Virus record (IMG/VR): IMGVR_UViG_3300012971_000001
Span: 53,451-117,450 of that record
Source of the DNA: a virus
Direction: 5' to 3' (one strand)
DNA length: 64,000 nt
Position 1 is the stretch's first letter. Each line of letters starts with the position of its first letter. Positions 23,101 through 32,403 of this stretch are shown here, piece after piece. The notes below the pieces were generated by a model, which was given only the letters and a program-made list of their open reading frames with translations, did no database searches and was not told the DNA's origin. The position numbers and the translations under genes were made by a program.

Positions 23101-26100
23101 CGTAGCCGGGCAGCAGGGGCTGATCGTGGACAAGGGATACACGATGTCGAATGGCTACGTATCGACGCTTGATTCATGGTCAGCAATTAATACGATTGGG
23201 ACGGGTTATGGCGGCGGTGCAGTAACTGCCGGATATGCAGTGGCACCGCATGGAAGCCGCGGTGGGTACATCGACGCAGCTCCGCTTGCATCGCAGAACT
23301 TTCCGGTAGCGCTGCCGGGACTAAGTGCATTCGGTAGCAATGACGTGCTGATGTGGGTGTCTGGAGTAAATGGTACGACGTCGGCTACGGCTCCACAGGG
23401 TGCATACGGCCTGATGTTGAACAGCTTTGTCAACGCTTACGGCGGGTTTGCCACAGCCAATACACAGTACAACAGCGTGCAGACAGCGGGCGGACTAAAT
23501 GCCCGGTCGATGGCAGTTACGAGTTACGTGCAGGTCGGCCACGGAGCAACCACACCTACGCTGACAGCAGGCGATACCTTCCAGGCAGGGGCACTGTACT
23601 GGAGTGATACGAATAAAATGTTGATGGCCTACGATGGCACTAAGTGGATATCGCTGGGCCTCGGCGGTACGGGCGGTGCTTTCGGCAGCATTCAGTACAA
23701 CAAAGGTGGCGTGCTGACGGGTGATAATAATCTGGTCTGGAATGACACGGCACAGTCGATGGCCGTGGCAGGCAAGGCAGGGCAGGCTGCCATATCTGTG
23801 ACTACAGGTTACGTGACGTCAGTGGGCGGCTTTGTCAGCACAGCAGATAGCTATAACGCCTTTCAGGGAGCAGCAACGGGTGGCGGTGCGTGGATGGCTG
23901 CTTACAGCACATCTGCTTTCAACAGCAAGGGAGCTTACTACAGCGTTTCAGCGCTGGGATATGGCAGCTTTCCGGTTGCCGTGACCAGCGCCTCGTTCGC
24001 CGCCACAGACGCGCTGCTGTGGGTATCAACTACGAACGGGACTACGACTCCGGTCACGACGGTAGCATTGAATACGAATATAGCTGTTAACTCAGCTGTG
24101 GGCTTTGTTACCGGCAATGCCAGCTACAACAGCATTCAGGCGCCTGGCGGTGGCGTGTTAGCAAGATCACTGCATGCAGACAAGTACATCGACGTCGGAA
24201 ATAGCGCAGGACCGCCGACCAAGACGACGAATGCGAATTTCCGCGATGGCAATTTGTACTGGGATACGACACAGGGCAATTACCAATACTACAAAGCCGG
24301 TGCGTGGCAGGCATTTTCCGGCGCCGCAGCCGGAGTGGATAAGAGCATTCAATATAACAAGGCCGGCGCATTTGCCGGAGATACGTATCTTTATTACGAT
24401 GACGCAGCCCATACATTTTTTGTTAACGCCACAGCAGCCAACAAGCCAGCAATAGCCGTGACCGGGTATATGCAGTCAACCGGCGGCTTTCTCACTACAG
24501 CGGTGGGCTACAATGTAATCCAAGCCAGCATGGCAGGCGGCGTCTACGCGGCAGCAACGACTGTAGCTCCAGATCCAGGCAACACTGTCGGCGGTTACAT
24601 GGCAGTGAAGGCACTGACTTACTCCGGCAACCAGCCAGTCGCATTGGCGGGATTTACCTTCGATGCCAACACGGCGTTGCTGTGGGCGGGAGGTGCCAAC
24701 GGAGCAACAGCAATAGCGCTGGGCTTGAATACGAATGCATGGATAGATGCAGCAAGCGGACTCAGAACCAGTAATGCCAGCTATAATGCCATTCAAGCAT
24801 CATCGGGAGGTGTGTATGCACGTTCGCTGCACTCGCTGTACTATGTTGACATCGGGCAAAGCAGCGGTGCTCCGACGGCAACGACCGGAGCCGCGTTCCG
24901 CGCAGGCAATATATATTGGGACACTTCCGGTACGCCTGGAATAAGAGTGCATAACGGTTCAGCGTGGGTGCCGCTGGTGCCTGCAACGTCCGTGCCCGGC
25001 GGTGCCAACAGAGCCGTGCAATACAACAGCAACGGCAGCTTTGGCGGAGATACAGCTAACTTCTATTGGGATACTGCAGCGAAAGTGTTGTATCTGGTAG
25101 CTGCCGACGGCGCCAGCCCTGCCTTGGGCGCAACCGGGTATCTGCAAGCGAGTGGCGGCTTTGTCACTGCAGGAACTAGCTATAACGTGATCCAAGCGCC
25201 TAGCGGCGGGTCGCTGGCACGACTGCACAAATCGACTTACTACACGCAGCTTGGAAATAATAACGGCGTGTCCGGCGGGACCGGCGGACCGGGCCTGATC
25301 GGCGGAGATCCGAGCTTCACAGCCGGAGCAATTTACTGGGATGTCGGCTATGCACAGCTTAGAGTCTACGATGGCACGACGTGGGGCCCGATCGTGGCGC
25401 CTTCATCGGGTATCGGAGGCGCACTGACCACTCCCAGAATTCCCTATGCGCTGAGTTCGAACACGCTGACAGATACGCCTAACCTGTTTTGGGAAGTGTC
25501 GACGAACGGGCTGAATACGACAGCACTGGGAGTGAACTCACCTACGCAAGCTTCGTGCGTGCGCATCAGCTACGGCCGTGTGGATAATGGCGGTTATATC
25601 ACGGTGCCCGATGCGGCGAGCTTTTATACGTCTGCTGGATGCAGTTACAACGGCACTTCATGGGTAGCAAAAGCTTCATCTGGGACCATATTGGCAATGG
25701 TTGGCACGCAGATAGCCTGGTATCAGAGTGATAATAACCCGGTGAATGGGGCCTATGCCGTAACCGAGCGAATGATCATGACCAACGCCGGAATAAAATT
25801 CCGGTTTACAGCTGGGAATGCCCTGCAGGTGCTGAATACAGCAGAAAATACGTGGGGCGGTGCAGTGTTCGGCTATCTTGGGATTAATTGTCCTAGCCCG
25901 GTGTCAGCAGTTAGAATTTCCTACGGTGCCAGCAATAATGGGATGTTTCTGACTTCGACATCGCCATCGCAGGCGTTTGTGTCCGGTGGAGCCTACTATA
26001 ACGGCTCTCAGTGGATTGCTACGGATACTTCATCGTCGGCTATACAATGGAACGCCGGGCAGATAGCCTTTTATGCTCAGACTGGGCTTTCGGTCGGCGG

Positions 26101-27031
26101 TGCCTTCAATATATTTCAGCGCGGACTAATAGATACAGCTGGGAATTTTGTCTGGTATTCCAGTGTATATTGCGGATTGAAGTTGATCATACAGTCACCT
26201 GCGTATGTAGGCGGTGGCGTGATGCTTACCAATTATCAGAACAATGGCAATTATATGGTTCTGAGCATGGGGTACGATGGCAGCAATAATCTTTACCTTG
26301 ATAACCGCAGTTGGAACGACATTTACATCCGTCCTGGGGATAACCGATATGTCTTTATGGGTTCGGGCGCTGGTAACGACTTTGTGTGTCCGAATGGAGA
26401 TAATAACGCGTCGCTTGGGCACCCGTCGTACCGCTGGAAGAATATCTACTGTGTAACTGGGCTTGTTGCCTCGCTTAATGGGGTAGCAGGCGCAGTGACT
26501 CTCGTTGCCGGAGCAAACATTACGATTACTCCTTCCGGCCAAAACATTACGATTGCAGCTACTGGTGGCGGTGGCGGTAGCTATACCGGAGGCACCGGCG
26601 TTACGGTATCCAATAATGTGATTTCGATTGGGCAGGCTGTAGGCGCTACTAACAGTGTGAATTTTGCTAACGTCATAACGTCTAGCTATATACAGATTAA
26701 CTACAATCCTGGCGGCACGAACTGGGGCCTCTATCTGCCATATACGTATGTGTATTCGAAGGGTGTAAACTCGACAGATACCTCATGGAATGGCATACAG
26801 TCTGCTGGTGGTATTTCGGCGAGTTCAGGATTTTACGTGCCTTCGCAAGTTCAGGTGATTGACAGTGGCGGTGTTTTCGTAGGTAAGGGAGTAAGCTGTC
26901 AGAGCTACGGTGTAGGCTGCTCTGGTGTGAATGTTTATAGCAATGGCTGGTATTACGGATGGACTGGGTACTTCACCGATGCTAATAACATCCTGCGGCA
27001 TGTGGTCGGCGGCATCATTGTTACTGCTTGA
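20147..27031 (+). CDS. Large tail fibre/tailspike with N-terminal right-handed beta-helix (possible depolymerase) and internal repeats
   Basis: AAFNAAI..IPVGEY..NIVFHGEG pectate-lyase-like start; parallel beta-helix turns; five GGxDKSIQYN..FGGD..L.WD modules. Confidence 0.85.
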   Translation: MPTYPNAIPRNTWDKHGERVSILDYLADKGNPTAAFNAAIQHASKVRGGCSIQIPVGEYVITQPIVVDVPNIVFHGEGENSVVQRDLHFQGGDAMFVIKASNITFRDFLVDGNITNPDHVVIQGGNFIIDGSSYPLDPMIDPFTYNSSFWVKSDAGPVDQVRFERITIQHTAGYAIIFDARHEYLTHMRVTDCRFLNNRPHLFGVTASDVAYGAWTGGILMEGDGSSNACHDVLVHGCSFMRIDGNCVWSHLYGFNRLHSNIRIKNNDFLDIGRDGVLMGGIDGGVVEGNTMRRIGYITIDDDNMSAPKWLRDQWAVGIDTSGLTVGVNYVNNVLTSCNGGYIDCDGYSSGTIVGNKCRTPAPTDPDYAADQIGAPGWGGRAADGQSDWAYGINFGNTSHAATGDRGARGATIVGNNFQNMGRNAIALYAARDSYVSDNDIYVQPAPSASPIVVGNILYPDPPADDTRGFNNVIINNRIYWSPTIYAPAVLEDANLSGYGQNYASGEGNQIRANDLIGTTYKTYEFMKDPSSTSSTAHHYASNFASATGDARLQQTSTHSIRREGRGDDGTSVLRVYNVDTGTAQLHMQLQAYARVDMTDPSHPVPVRMPLLNVSLGATAGTGNISTGNRTQAGFDDCVLTGKVYGDALLCLGSATYHDADADLLTADVGLIRYKTGTPNKFQMSVSVDGSGKRVWQDFGGGGGGGSVGGTDKSIVYNMNGNSWGDQNLQWDYDQQVMTVYGKSGQPGIQAINSYIRADQGFIVTQPAWNAFNGASSGAGAFLGAVSVAPYTPPATTPPAPPAPAPNGGYIDLAQLGYASYPRPLAGATFDNTQVLMWNAGQNDTPTDAINHTTGLMLNTFVNAAAGFATMATTWNAIQAPAGGVYGESLGASKYTHIGVHATDLVQGDLTTSDSLTPGTMFWNSTLNQLRVYDGNSWSTVGTGTTGGGVPGGIDKSIQYKVGSNFGGDANLLWDSTLRVQTILGVAGQQGLIVDKGYTMSNGYVSTLDSWSAINTIGTGYGGGAVTAGYAVAPHGSRGGYIDAAPLASQNFPVALPGLSAFGSNDVLMWVSGVNGTTSATAPQGAYGLMLNSFVNAYGGFATANTQYNSVQTAGGLNARSMAVTSYVQVGHGATTPTLTAGDTFQAGALYWSDTNKMLMAYDGTKWISLGLGGTGGAFGSIQYNKGGVLTGDNNLVWNDTAQSMAVAGKAGQAAISVTTGYVTSVGGFVSTADSYNAFQGAATGGGAWMAAYSTSAFNSKGAYYSVSALGYGSFPVAVTSASFAATDALLWVSTTNGTTTPVTTVALNTNIAVNSAVGFVTGNASYNSIQAPGGGVLARSLHADKYIDVGNSAGPPTKTTNANFRDGNLYWDTTQGNYQYYKAGAWQAFSGAAAGVDKSIQYNKAGAFAGDTYLYYDDAAHTFFVNATAANKPAIAVTGYMQSTGGFLTTAVGYNVIQASMAGGVYAAATTVAPDPGNTVGGYMAVKALTYSGNQPVALAGFTFDANTALLWAGGANGATAIALGLNTNAWIDAASGLRTSNASYNAIQASSGGVYARSLHSLYYVDIGQSSGAPTATTGAAFRAGNIYWDTSGTPGIRVHNGSAWVPLVPATSVPGGANRAVQYNSNGSFGGDTANFYWDTAAKVLYLVAADGASPALGATGYLQASGGFVTAGTSYNVIQAPSGGSLARLHKSTYYTQLGNNNGVSGGTGGPGLIGGDPSFTAGAIYWDVGYAQLRVYDGTTWGPIVAPSSGIGGALTTPRIPYALSSNTLTDTPNLFWEVSTNGLNTTALGVNSPTQASCVRISYGRVDNGGYITVPDAASFYTSAGCSYNGTSWVAKASSGTILAMVGTQIAWYQSDNNPVNGAYAVTERMIMTNAGIKFRFTAGNALQVLNTAENTWGGAVFGYLGINCPSPVSAVRISYGASNNGMFLTSTSPSQAFVSGGAYYNGSQWIATDTSSSAIQWNAGQIAFYAQTGLSVGGAFNIFQRGLIDTAGNFVWYSSVYCGLKLIIQSPAYVGGGVMLTNYQNNGNYMVLSMGYDGSNNLYLDNRSWNDIYIRPGDNRYVFMGSGAGNDFVCPNGDNNASLGHPSYRWKNIYCVTGLVASLNGVAGAVTLVAGANITITPSGQNITIAATGGGGGSYTGGTGVTVSNNVISIGQAVGATNSVNFANVITSSYIQINYNPGGTNWGLYLPYTYVYSKGVNSTDTSWNGIQSAGGISASSGFYVPSQVQVIDSGGVFVGKGVSCQSYGVGCSGVNVYSNGWYYGWTGYFTDANNILRHVVGGIIVTA

Positions 27032-27065
27032 TTCGTTATCATTAGGAAGGTGAGGAGGCTAGAAT

Positions 27066-27452
27066 ATGGCAGCGATATTGAGAATGACCGTACAGCAGCG
27101 GTTGAACTTGGAAGGCATGCTTCGCCAGCAGAAGTCAGAGGACGGCGAGGCACTGATGACCAGTTACGAGCTGCTAAAGAAAATCCGTATCCCGACTGAA
27201 GACCGTGTGCTGTACATGCGTGAGATACAGACACCGCAAGGACCAGCGACAGAGTTCTTTAACAGAACAATCAATGCCGCGCCTTCGACCGATATCGAGT
27301 TAGAATCTGCAGAGATTCGAAGACTAGAGGGCACGCTCAAAGATTGGAAAAATTATTCGCCAGAAGATGTCGAATGGTTGATCGACTTAAAGAAGCAGCT
27401 ATCCGCCGTCAACAATGGCACTGCCGCGGCAAAGAAAAAGTCAGCCAACTAG
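27066..27452 (+). CDS. Putative fibre assembly chaperone (paralog of 5129..5515)
   Basis: Both are 128 aa and share DIELE and WL..L..QL; GAGGAGG SD. Confidence 0.6.
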   Translation: MAAILRMTVQQRLNLEGMLRQQKSEDGEALMTSYELLKKIRIPTEDRVLYMREIQTPQGPATEFFNRTINAAPSTDIELESAEIRRLEGTLKDWKNYSPEDVEWLIDLKKQLSAVNNGTAAAKKKSAN

Positions 27453-27453
27453 T

Positions 27454-28965
27454 ATGCCGATAGAAGTGGTGCTGACCAATCGGTACGCCTATGTCACGGA
27501 AGCCACCGACGCCGACTACGAAGCTATCTCCAAGTTTTGGAGCTTCTATCCGCCGGGTTACAGATTCTCACCGAAGTATCTGTACGGCAAATGGGACGGG
27601 CGCATCACCATGCTTAAGGAAGGCAAGGTGCCTGCGGGCCTGTTTCGCGCCACAAGAAAAGACGCTGTGAAAGACTTGGGCGTTACGTTCAAGGTCCGCA
27701 TCGACTTACCGAAGGTGAATGGCTACCACGCGCCAGAGGCATCACTCGACGAGAAGTACAGATACCAGGAAGAAGCAGTGCTGAACATGCTTGACAACGT
27801 GCCGAGGGGCGGCGGGATAATCCTGTCGGCTACCGGCACCGGAAAGACAGCCGTAGCCGGGAAGTTTTTCAAGTGCCTGAAAGAGCACTGCCTCTTTGTG
27901 GTCGACGAGCTTGGGCTGCTATACCAGTCGCAGAAAGAAATCGAGCAGTGGGCAGGCGAGCCGGTGGGCTTGGTGGGCAACAGCAAATACGAGCCACAGC
28001 GGCTGACGGTGGCCACTATCCAGACGCTGCACAAGCACCGCGATGACTTAGAATTCAGAAGATGGTTCCGGAAGGTGAAGATCGTGATCGTCGACGAGCT
28101 GCACGAGCAGCTGTCGCGTCGCAACTTCAAGATCCTAGAAACGATCAAGCCGATAGCGTGCTACGGTCTAACTGCCACGCTGCAGCTTAGAAGAAAAGAA
28201 ATCAGAACGAAGGCTTACAGCTTTGCCGGGCCAGTAATTTATGAGTTCCCGCTGCAGAAGGGCATAGAGCAAGGAGTGCTTACCAACGGACGAATGCTGC
28301 AGCTGATTTTCGAATACGAGCCTATCCCGGAAGAGGACTATCAGCAGTCCTACGAAGTGCAGGTGTGGGACAACGAAACGAAGCTAGCAGCAGCGCAGAA
28401 AGTAATCCGCTACCTCATCAAGCAGGGCCACTACGTGATTGCGTTGGTACACAGGCCCGTACACGTCAAAGCCCTGCACGCGATGCTGCTAGACGTGCCC
28501 CATCGTCTTGCATACGGTGCCATAGATCCGCATAGCCGGGTCCGGTCACGCAGGAAATTCGACAAGGGTGACCTGCAACTGATCATAGCCAACAAAGTGT
28601 TCAAGAAGGGTATTAACGTTAGACGTGTCGATGTGATGATAGACATGGCCGAACTCAAGTCCAAGAACGATGCCTGTCAAAAATTTGGGCGGGGAGTACG
28701 GCTGCATCCCAGCAAGACGGAGCTGCTATACTTGGACTTCGGCACAGACGGTGAAAACCGATACAGCAAAGCAGCCAAATCGAGAGCCAGAGCCATCAAG
28801 GCGATGGGGATCAAAGTCAGAAAAGTACGCGTAGATGATCCGGCCTCAGCACTAGCAGCAGTGAAGGCCGAGTTGGAGATGATGGAGCGGAAGCAATGCC
28901 CCAAAGCGACCGTGCAGCTAAGCATGTTCAAGAAGGCGGGGAAGCGTTCGAGTCGGGCGAGCTGA
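27454..28965 (+). CDS. SF2 DEAD/H helicase (UvsW-like)
   Basis: SATGTGKT, VDELH, GLTAT and QKFGRGVR motifs. Confidence 0.92.
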   Translation: MPIEVVLTNRYAYVTEATDADYEAISKFWSFYPPGYRFSPKYLYGKWDGRITMLKEGKVPAGLFRATRKDAVKDLGVTFKVRIDLPKVNGYHAPEASLDEKYRYQEEAVLNMLDNVPRGGGIILSATGTGKTAVAGKFFKCLKEHCLFVVDELGLLYQSQKEIEQWAGEPVGLVGNSKYEPQRLTVATIQTLHKHRDDLEFRRWFRKVKIVIVDELHEQLSRRNFKILETIKPIACYGLTATLQLRRKEIRTKAYSFAGPVIYEFPLQKGIEQGVLTNGRMLQLIFEYEPIPEEDYQQSYEVQVWDNETKLAAAQKVIRYLIKQGHYVIALVHRPVHVKALHAMLLDVPHRLAYGAIDPHSRVRSRRKFDKGDLQLIIANKVFKKGINVRRVDVMIDMAELKSKNDACQKFGRGVRLHPSKTELLYLDFGTDGENRYSKAAKSRARAIKAMGIKVRKVRVDDPASALAAVKAELEMMERKQCPKATVQLSMFKKAGKRSSRAS

Positions 28966-29486
28966 TCAAGGCCAAGCTCGATCATGCTATCCGGTACATA
29001 GCCACAAAGAGCACGCACGCCACACTCCACGGTCGCCTATCTTCAGATGAGCAACACGCAGTAAGGCTGTTAAAATCCCGTCAGCGTATGATTGACCGGG
29101 AATGGCATGCCGTATTCGGGAATGGGAAAATGAAGATCAACGCAGTAGCAGAACTAAAGCTTTCCAAGCCAGATGACGGGACTCTGTTCCGGCTTGGCGA
29201 GAAGTGGCATTCGCGCGGCCGACTAGACTGCAAAGCCTGTGCCACGACTATGTTGGAAGACCTACCGATTCCGGTGCCGGTTTCCCGGATCTGCCCCAAG
29301 TGCAAAGACGGCGTAGAACACGCCTACGATGTGCAAGAATTAAAGCCTTTACCCGAGGGTATTGTCCTAGGGGACGGGGACGTCGTAACGACGGTGCCTG
29401 AGGGAGGAAACAAGCCCATGAAAGTGGTTGTAACCCGGTACTTCCACTGCGACGGGTGCAACAGCCGGGATCAGGTGGTGTTATGA
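28896..29486 (+). CDS. Hypothetical Zn-binding protein
   Basis: CKAC, CPKC and CDGC pairs. Confidence 0.6.
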   Translation: MPQSDRAAKHVQEGGEAFESGELIKAKLDHAIRYIATKSTHATLHGRLSSDEQHAVRLLKSRQRMIDREWHAVFGNGKMKINAVAELKLSKPDDGTLFRLGEKWHSRGRLDCKACATTMLEDLPIPVPVSRICPKCKDGVEHAYDVQELKPLPEGIVLGDGDVVTTVPEGGNKPMKVVVTRYFHCDGCNSRDQVVL

Positions 29487-29884
29487 TAGCCGTAATGCTG
29501 TTTTGTACTTTTGCCGTCGTCCTGTTAATTGCTTTCGGGTCGAACGTGACGAGGATACAGAACCTGGAAAAGAATGCCTTGAACATGCAGCAGCAGGCGC
29601 AAGCCAGGATAGCAGCGTTGGAAGCAGAGCTTATGCAAGCCCGGCAAGGCCTGATGCAGTCGCTCGAAGCACGGTTGGACCAGCAAAAGAAATTGACCGC
29701 TGCACTAGAAAAGATCGAGACCATGCAGCACGGCAGACTGTTCGACCAGACATTGGCAAAGAGCGCATTGGAGCGCGGCGACCGCTTCCGGGGCGTGTTG
29801 GAAGCAGTGCTGAAAGCGCAGGGAGTAGACGAAGATAAAATCGCGACTCTGGTCGAAGTAGCCGAAGAGGAACCGGAAAGCTAG
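29483..29884 (+). CDS. Membrane-anchored coiled-coil protein
   Basis: N-terminal hydrophobic helix followed by heptad-rich helix; ATGA overlap. Confidence 0.65.
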   Translation: MIAVMLFCTFAVVLLIAFGSNVTRIQNLEKNALNMQQQAQARIAALEAELMQARQGLMQSLEARLDQQKKLTAALEKIETMQHGRLFDQTLAKSALERGDRFRGVLEAVLKAQGVDEDKIATLVEVAEEEPES

Positions 29885-30086
29885 CTTCCGATTTCATCCT
29901 CTCTGAAAGAGAGTCATAGCTACCGCATAGCCATAATGATAGCCGTGATCATAGCCATAGCAGTAGCAAGCGAAAAGATATTCCTAATATACGTATTACG
30001 AGAAATTCCCGGCGCATGCGGGACCGACATCGAACCTTTCCAAAACGCCTGGGATACAGCTTCCAGCCGCATACGTTACCATACAG

Positions 30087-30666
30087 CATGACCGGATCGG
30101 GCAGTAGCAGAATGTCGGAAATGTGGGGCGCGGCCAATGCCATAATGACAGAAGTGGAAAATTGGCTGCTCTCCAGAGAGCGCAAGCAACTGAGGCTGAA
30201 TTTCCGGGTGCTCGACCAGGCACGGCTGCTCAAGTTACGCGTATGGGAGCAGAGATACTGCGTCGGAATACCGGAAATACTCGATCTGATCATGCCGATC
30301 CTCCGCGCCCAGGTAAAGAGGATCAGAAAAAGCGGCGGCCTGGGCATCACGGTCGCAGCCATGACGGGTGACGGGGCGGAAAAGATCCTCGTGCAGGAAC
30401 TGAAAAAGAAATACCCCGACGGCGAGAACGTGACAGTGCTCAGAGAGCGCATGAGAGAGCAGCAGCTGCAGGCCGAAGAAGAAGCGGACAACGACGGAAT
30501 GAGGACGAGGGACCGCAGCGTGCGATCCGTGCTAGATTCGATCAGCATCGGGGACTTTGCCAAAGCCTACTCCAGCAGCATCATACGAAAGCGCATGCGC
30601 GTGCAGTCGGAACTGAACAACCCGGTGCGTAGAAGAAAAGCCTATCGAGGCAATTGTTGGAGATGA
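30087..30666 (+). CDS. Hypothetical basic protein (start uncertain: 30016 or 30087)
   Basis: Long ORF; TACCAT -10-like box about 5 nt before ATG 30087. Confidence 0.6.
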
Positions 30667-30670
30667 TTCA

Positions 30671-31273
30671 ATGGAAACGCCTTTACCTTTCTACATTCCA
30701 AGCGCAGCTGACAACCCGGAATCATTGAAAGCGCCGGGAGTCAGAATTACCCTGCCGCCAACGATGATAGATATGTCGGCTCATCTATCCACGCTTGACT
30801 ACACCGACGACTCGATGATGCAGTCGCTCTGCGTAGCCATCGCCACAACCAGAAAAATCCGGCGCACCTCCGTGCCCAATCTCACCGCGTTTGCCCAGTC
30901 GAGGCCGGACACGCTGCTGGACGCCATGAACATGGCAAAGAATGAAGGATTCATAGACCGGATCATGACGCTGACGCTTATGCAAGATTTGGTCAAGGCC
31001 ATCTCGAACGGGTTTGTCATCCTGTTTGAGACGAAGCTGACGCCGACCGTGTTCGATGACGCAATCCTCGATGATAACATCTCACCGTATCAGCAGCTAA
31101 CGCCGTGGAAAGAGCCTAACGGCAAGCCGTGGCTAGCAGCTCATGGCGTAGGCATCGGCTACCACTTACCGAGGCAGATGGTGGTGAGCCTCATTTACAA
31201 GCACCTGTACGAAGTACCAATGTCGTACATACTCACCGGGACGAAGACACCGCAATTATGGACACTAGACTGA
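30671..31273 (+). CDS. Hypothetical protein
   Basis: GGAG SD; 200-aa ORF in operon. Confidence 0.65.
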   Translation: METPLPFYIPSAADNPESLKAPGVRITLPPTMIDMSAHLSTLDYTDDSMMQSLCVAIATTRKIRRTSVPNLTAFAQSRPDTLLDAMNMAKNEGFIDRIMTLTLMQDLVKAISNGFVILFETKLTPTVFDDAILDDNISPYQQLTPWKEPNGKPWLAAHGVGIGYHLPRQMVVSLIYKHLYEVPMSYILTGTKTPQLWTLD

Positions 31274-31506
31274 GAGCACTGAACTCGCTACCGCGGGCCT
31301 CACAGAAGCAGATAGACCTTATTCAGCGGCTACTAAATGACTGCGGCTACGGCGATCTAGCCAAGAGAAATGCCTACCTGTCAGCCAAGACAGAGCGGGA
31401 CATCAAGTACGTAGATGACCTTAGAAAAGTAGAAGCAATCTGGATCATAGATGAGCTGATGAGATACAGAGAGCAACTGTGGATAGAACGTTCGAAGAAG
31501 AGCTGA
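31258..31506 (+). CDS. Small hypothetical protein
   Basis: ASQKQIDLI..EAIWIIDEL pattern common in small phage helical proteins. Confidence 0.55.
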   Translation: MDTRLRALNSLPRASQKQIDLIQRLLNDCGYGDLAKRNAYLSAKTERDIKYVDDLRKVEAIWIIDELMRYREQLWIERSKKS

Positions 31507-32402
31507 AGAGAATTGCTAAGCGGCGAAGATGGGCTTTTATTGAACTTACGTATGCTGAGAAAATGGTCGAGCACAATCGACTTTGCAGTTCTGGTAGACG
31601 TGCTCTGCTGAAGTACTTAATGACAGTATTTCACGGTGCAAAAGAAACGACATTTACTTTTCAGCGTAGGTATGGCATAAATGAAAAAGTAGAAGTAGAA
31701 GATTTATACGATGTGAAGTACGAATGGGCACTACATGACTTATCGCTTTGGAGTAAGGAGTGCGAAGCTCTAGCTTTAGCTACTTCTAATAATGCTATGT
31801 ACGCATATCTCAGACAGCAATATGGTTCTGGGATAAAGGTGGTAAAGACTTTGCGCTGGTTATTACTGTCTCAGCACGTACCTCGCAAGAGTGTGCTGTT
31901 TGTAGAGACGTGGCTGAAGCCTGCAATGCAGAATGACTTTCTCCAAAAAGTTGATACACTATCGTCGCCTGACGGATGCTGGTTGTGGAAGGGTGCAACA
32001 AAGGATGAAGGCTACGGCAAAGTGTTTCTGCGTATGCCAAATGGAAGTATTGAACGCACTGCTCATCGCGCTGCCTTCATTTGGTGGGTTGCTGCTTTGA
32101 CGAAAGCAAGACCCTGTGTTTTGCATAGAAGTTTTTGCAATAACCGAAACTGTCTGAATCCAAGCCACTTGTATGCCGGGACAAAAGAAGATAATACAAA
32201 TGATAGAATTGCTTGGGGCAGCAATAACTACTCTAGTGGCATGAATAACCCCAATAGTAAGTTGACAGAACTACAAGTTAGAGTGATTCGCTCTTTGTAC
32301 TCTAGGACGCGCATGTCCCAGCAAAAGCTAGCCGATATTTTTGGTACAACTGATACAGCGATATGGTCTGTCGTCAATCGAAAGACATGGCCTAACTTGT
32401 AA
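31479..32402 (+). CDS. HNH endonuclease (copy 3) fused to an unknown ~150-aa N-terminal domain
   Basis: SSPDGCWLW, CNNRNCLNPSHL..N, KLTELQVRVIR and RKTW in the C-terminal half. Confidence 0.8.
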   Translation: MDRTFEEELKRIAKRRRWAFIELTYAEKMVEHNRLCSSGRRALLKYLMTVFHGAKETTFTFQRRYGINEKVEVEDLYDVKYEWALHDLSLWSKECEALALATSNNAMYAYLRQQYGSGIKVVKTLRWLLLSQHVPRKSVLFVETWLKPAMQNDFLQKVDTLSSPDGCWLWKGATKDEGYGKVFLRMPNGSIERTAHRAAFIWWVAALTKARPCVLHRSFCNNRNCLNPSHLYAGTKEDNTNDRIAWGSNNYSSGMNNPNSKLTELQVRVIRSLYSRTRMSQQKLADIFGTTDTAIWSVVNRKTWPNL

Positions 32403-32403
32403 C

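Noticed and set aside
20147-27031. Diversity-generating retroelement acting on the fibres
   Set aside because: No reverse transcriptase or adenine-specific TR/VR pair seen in the window
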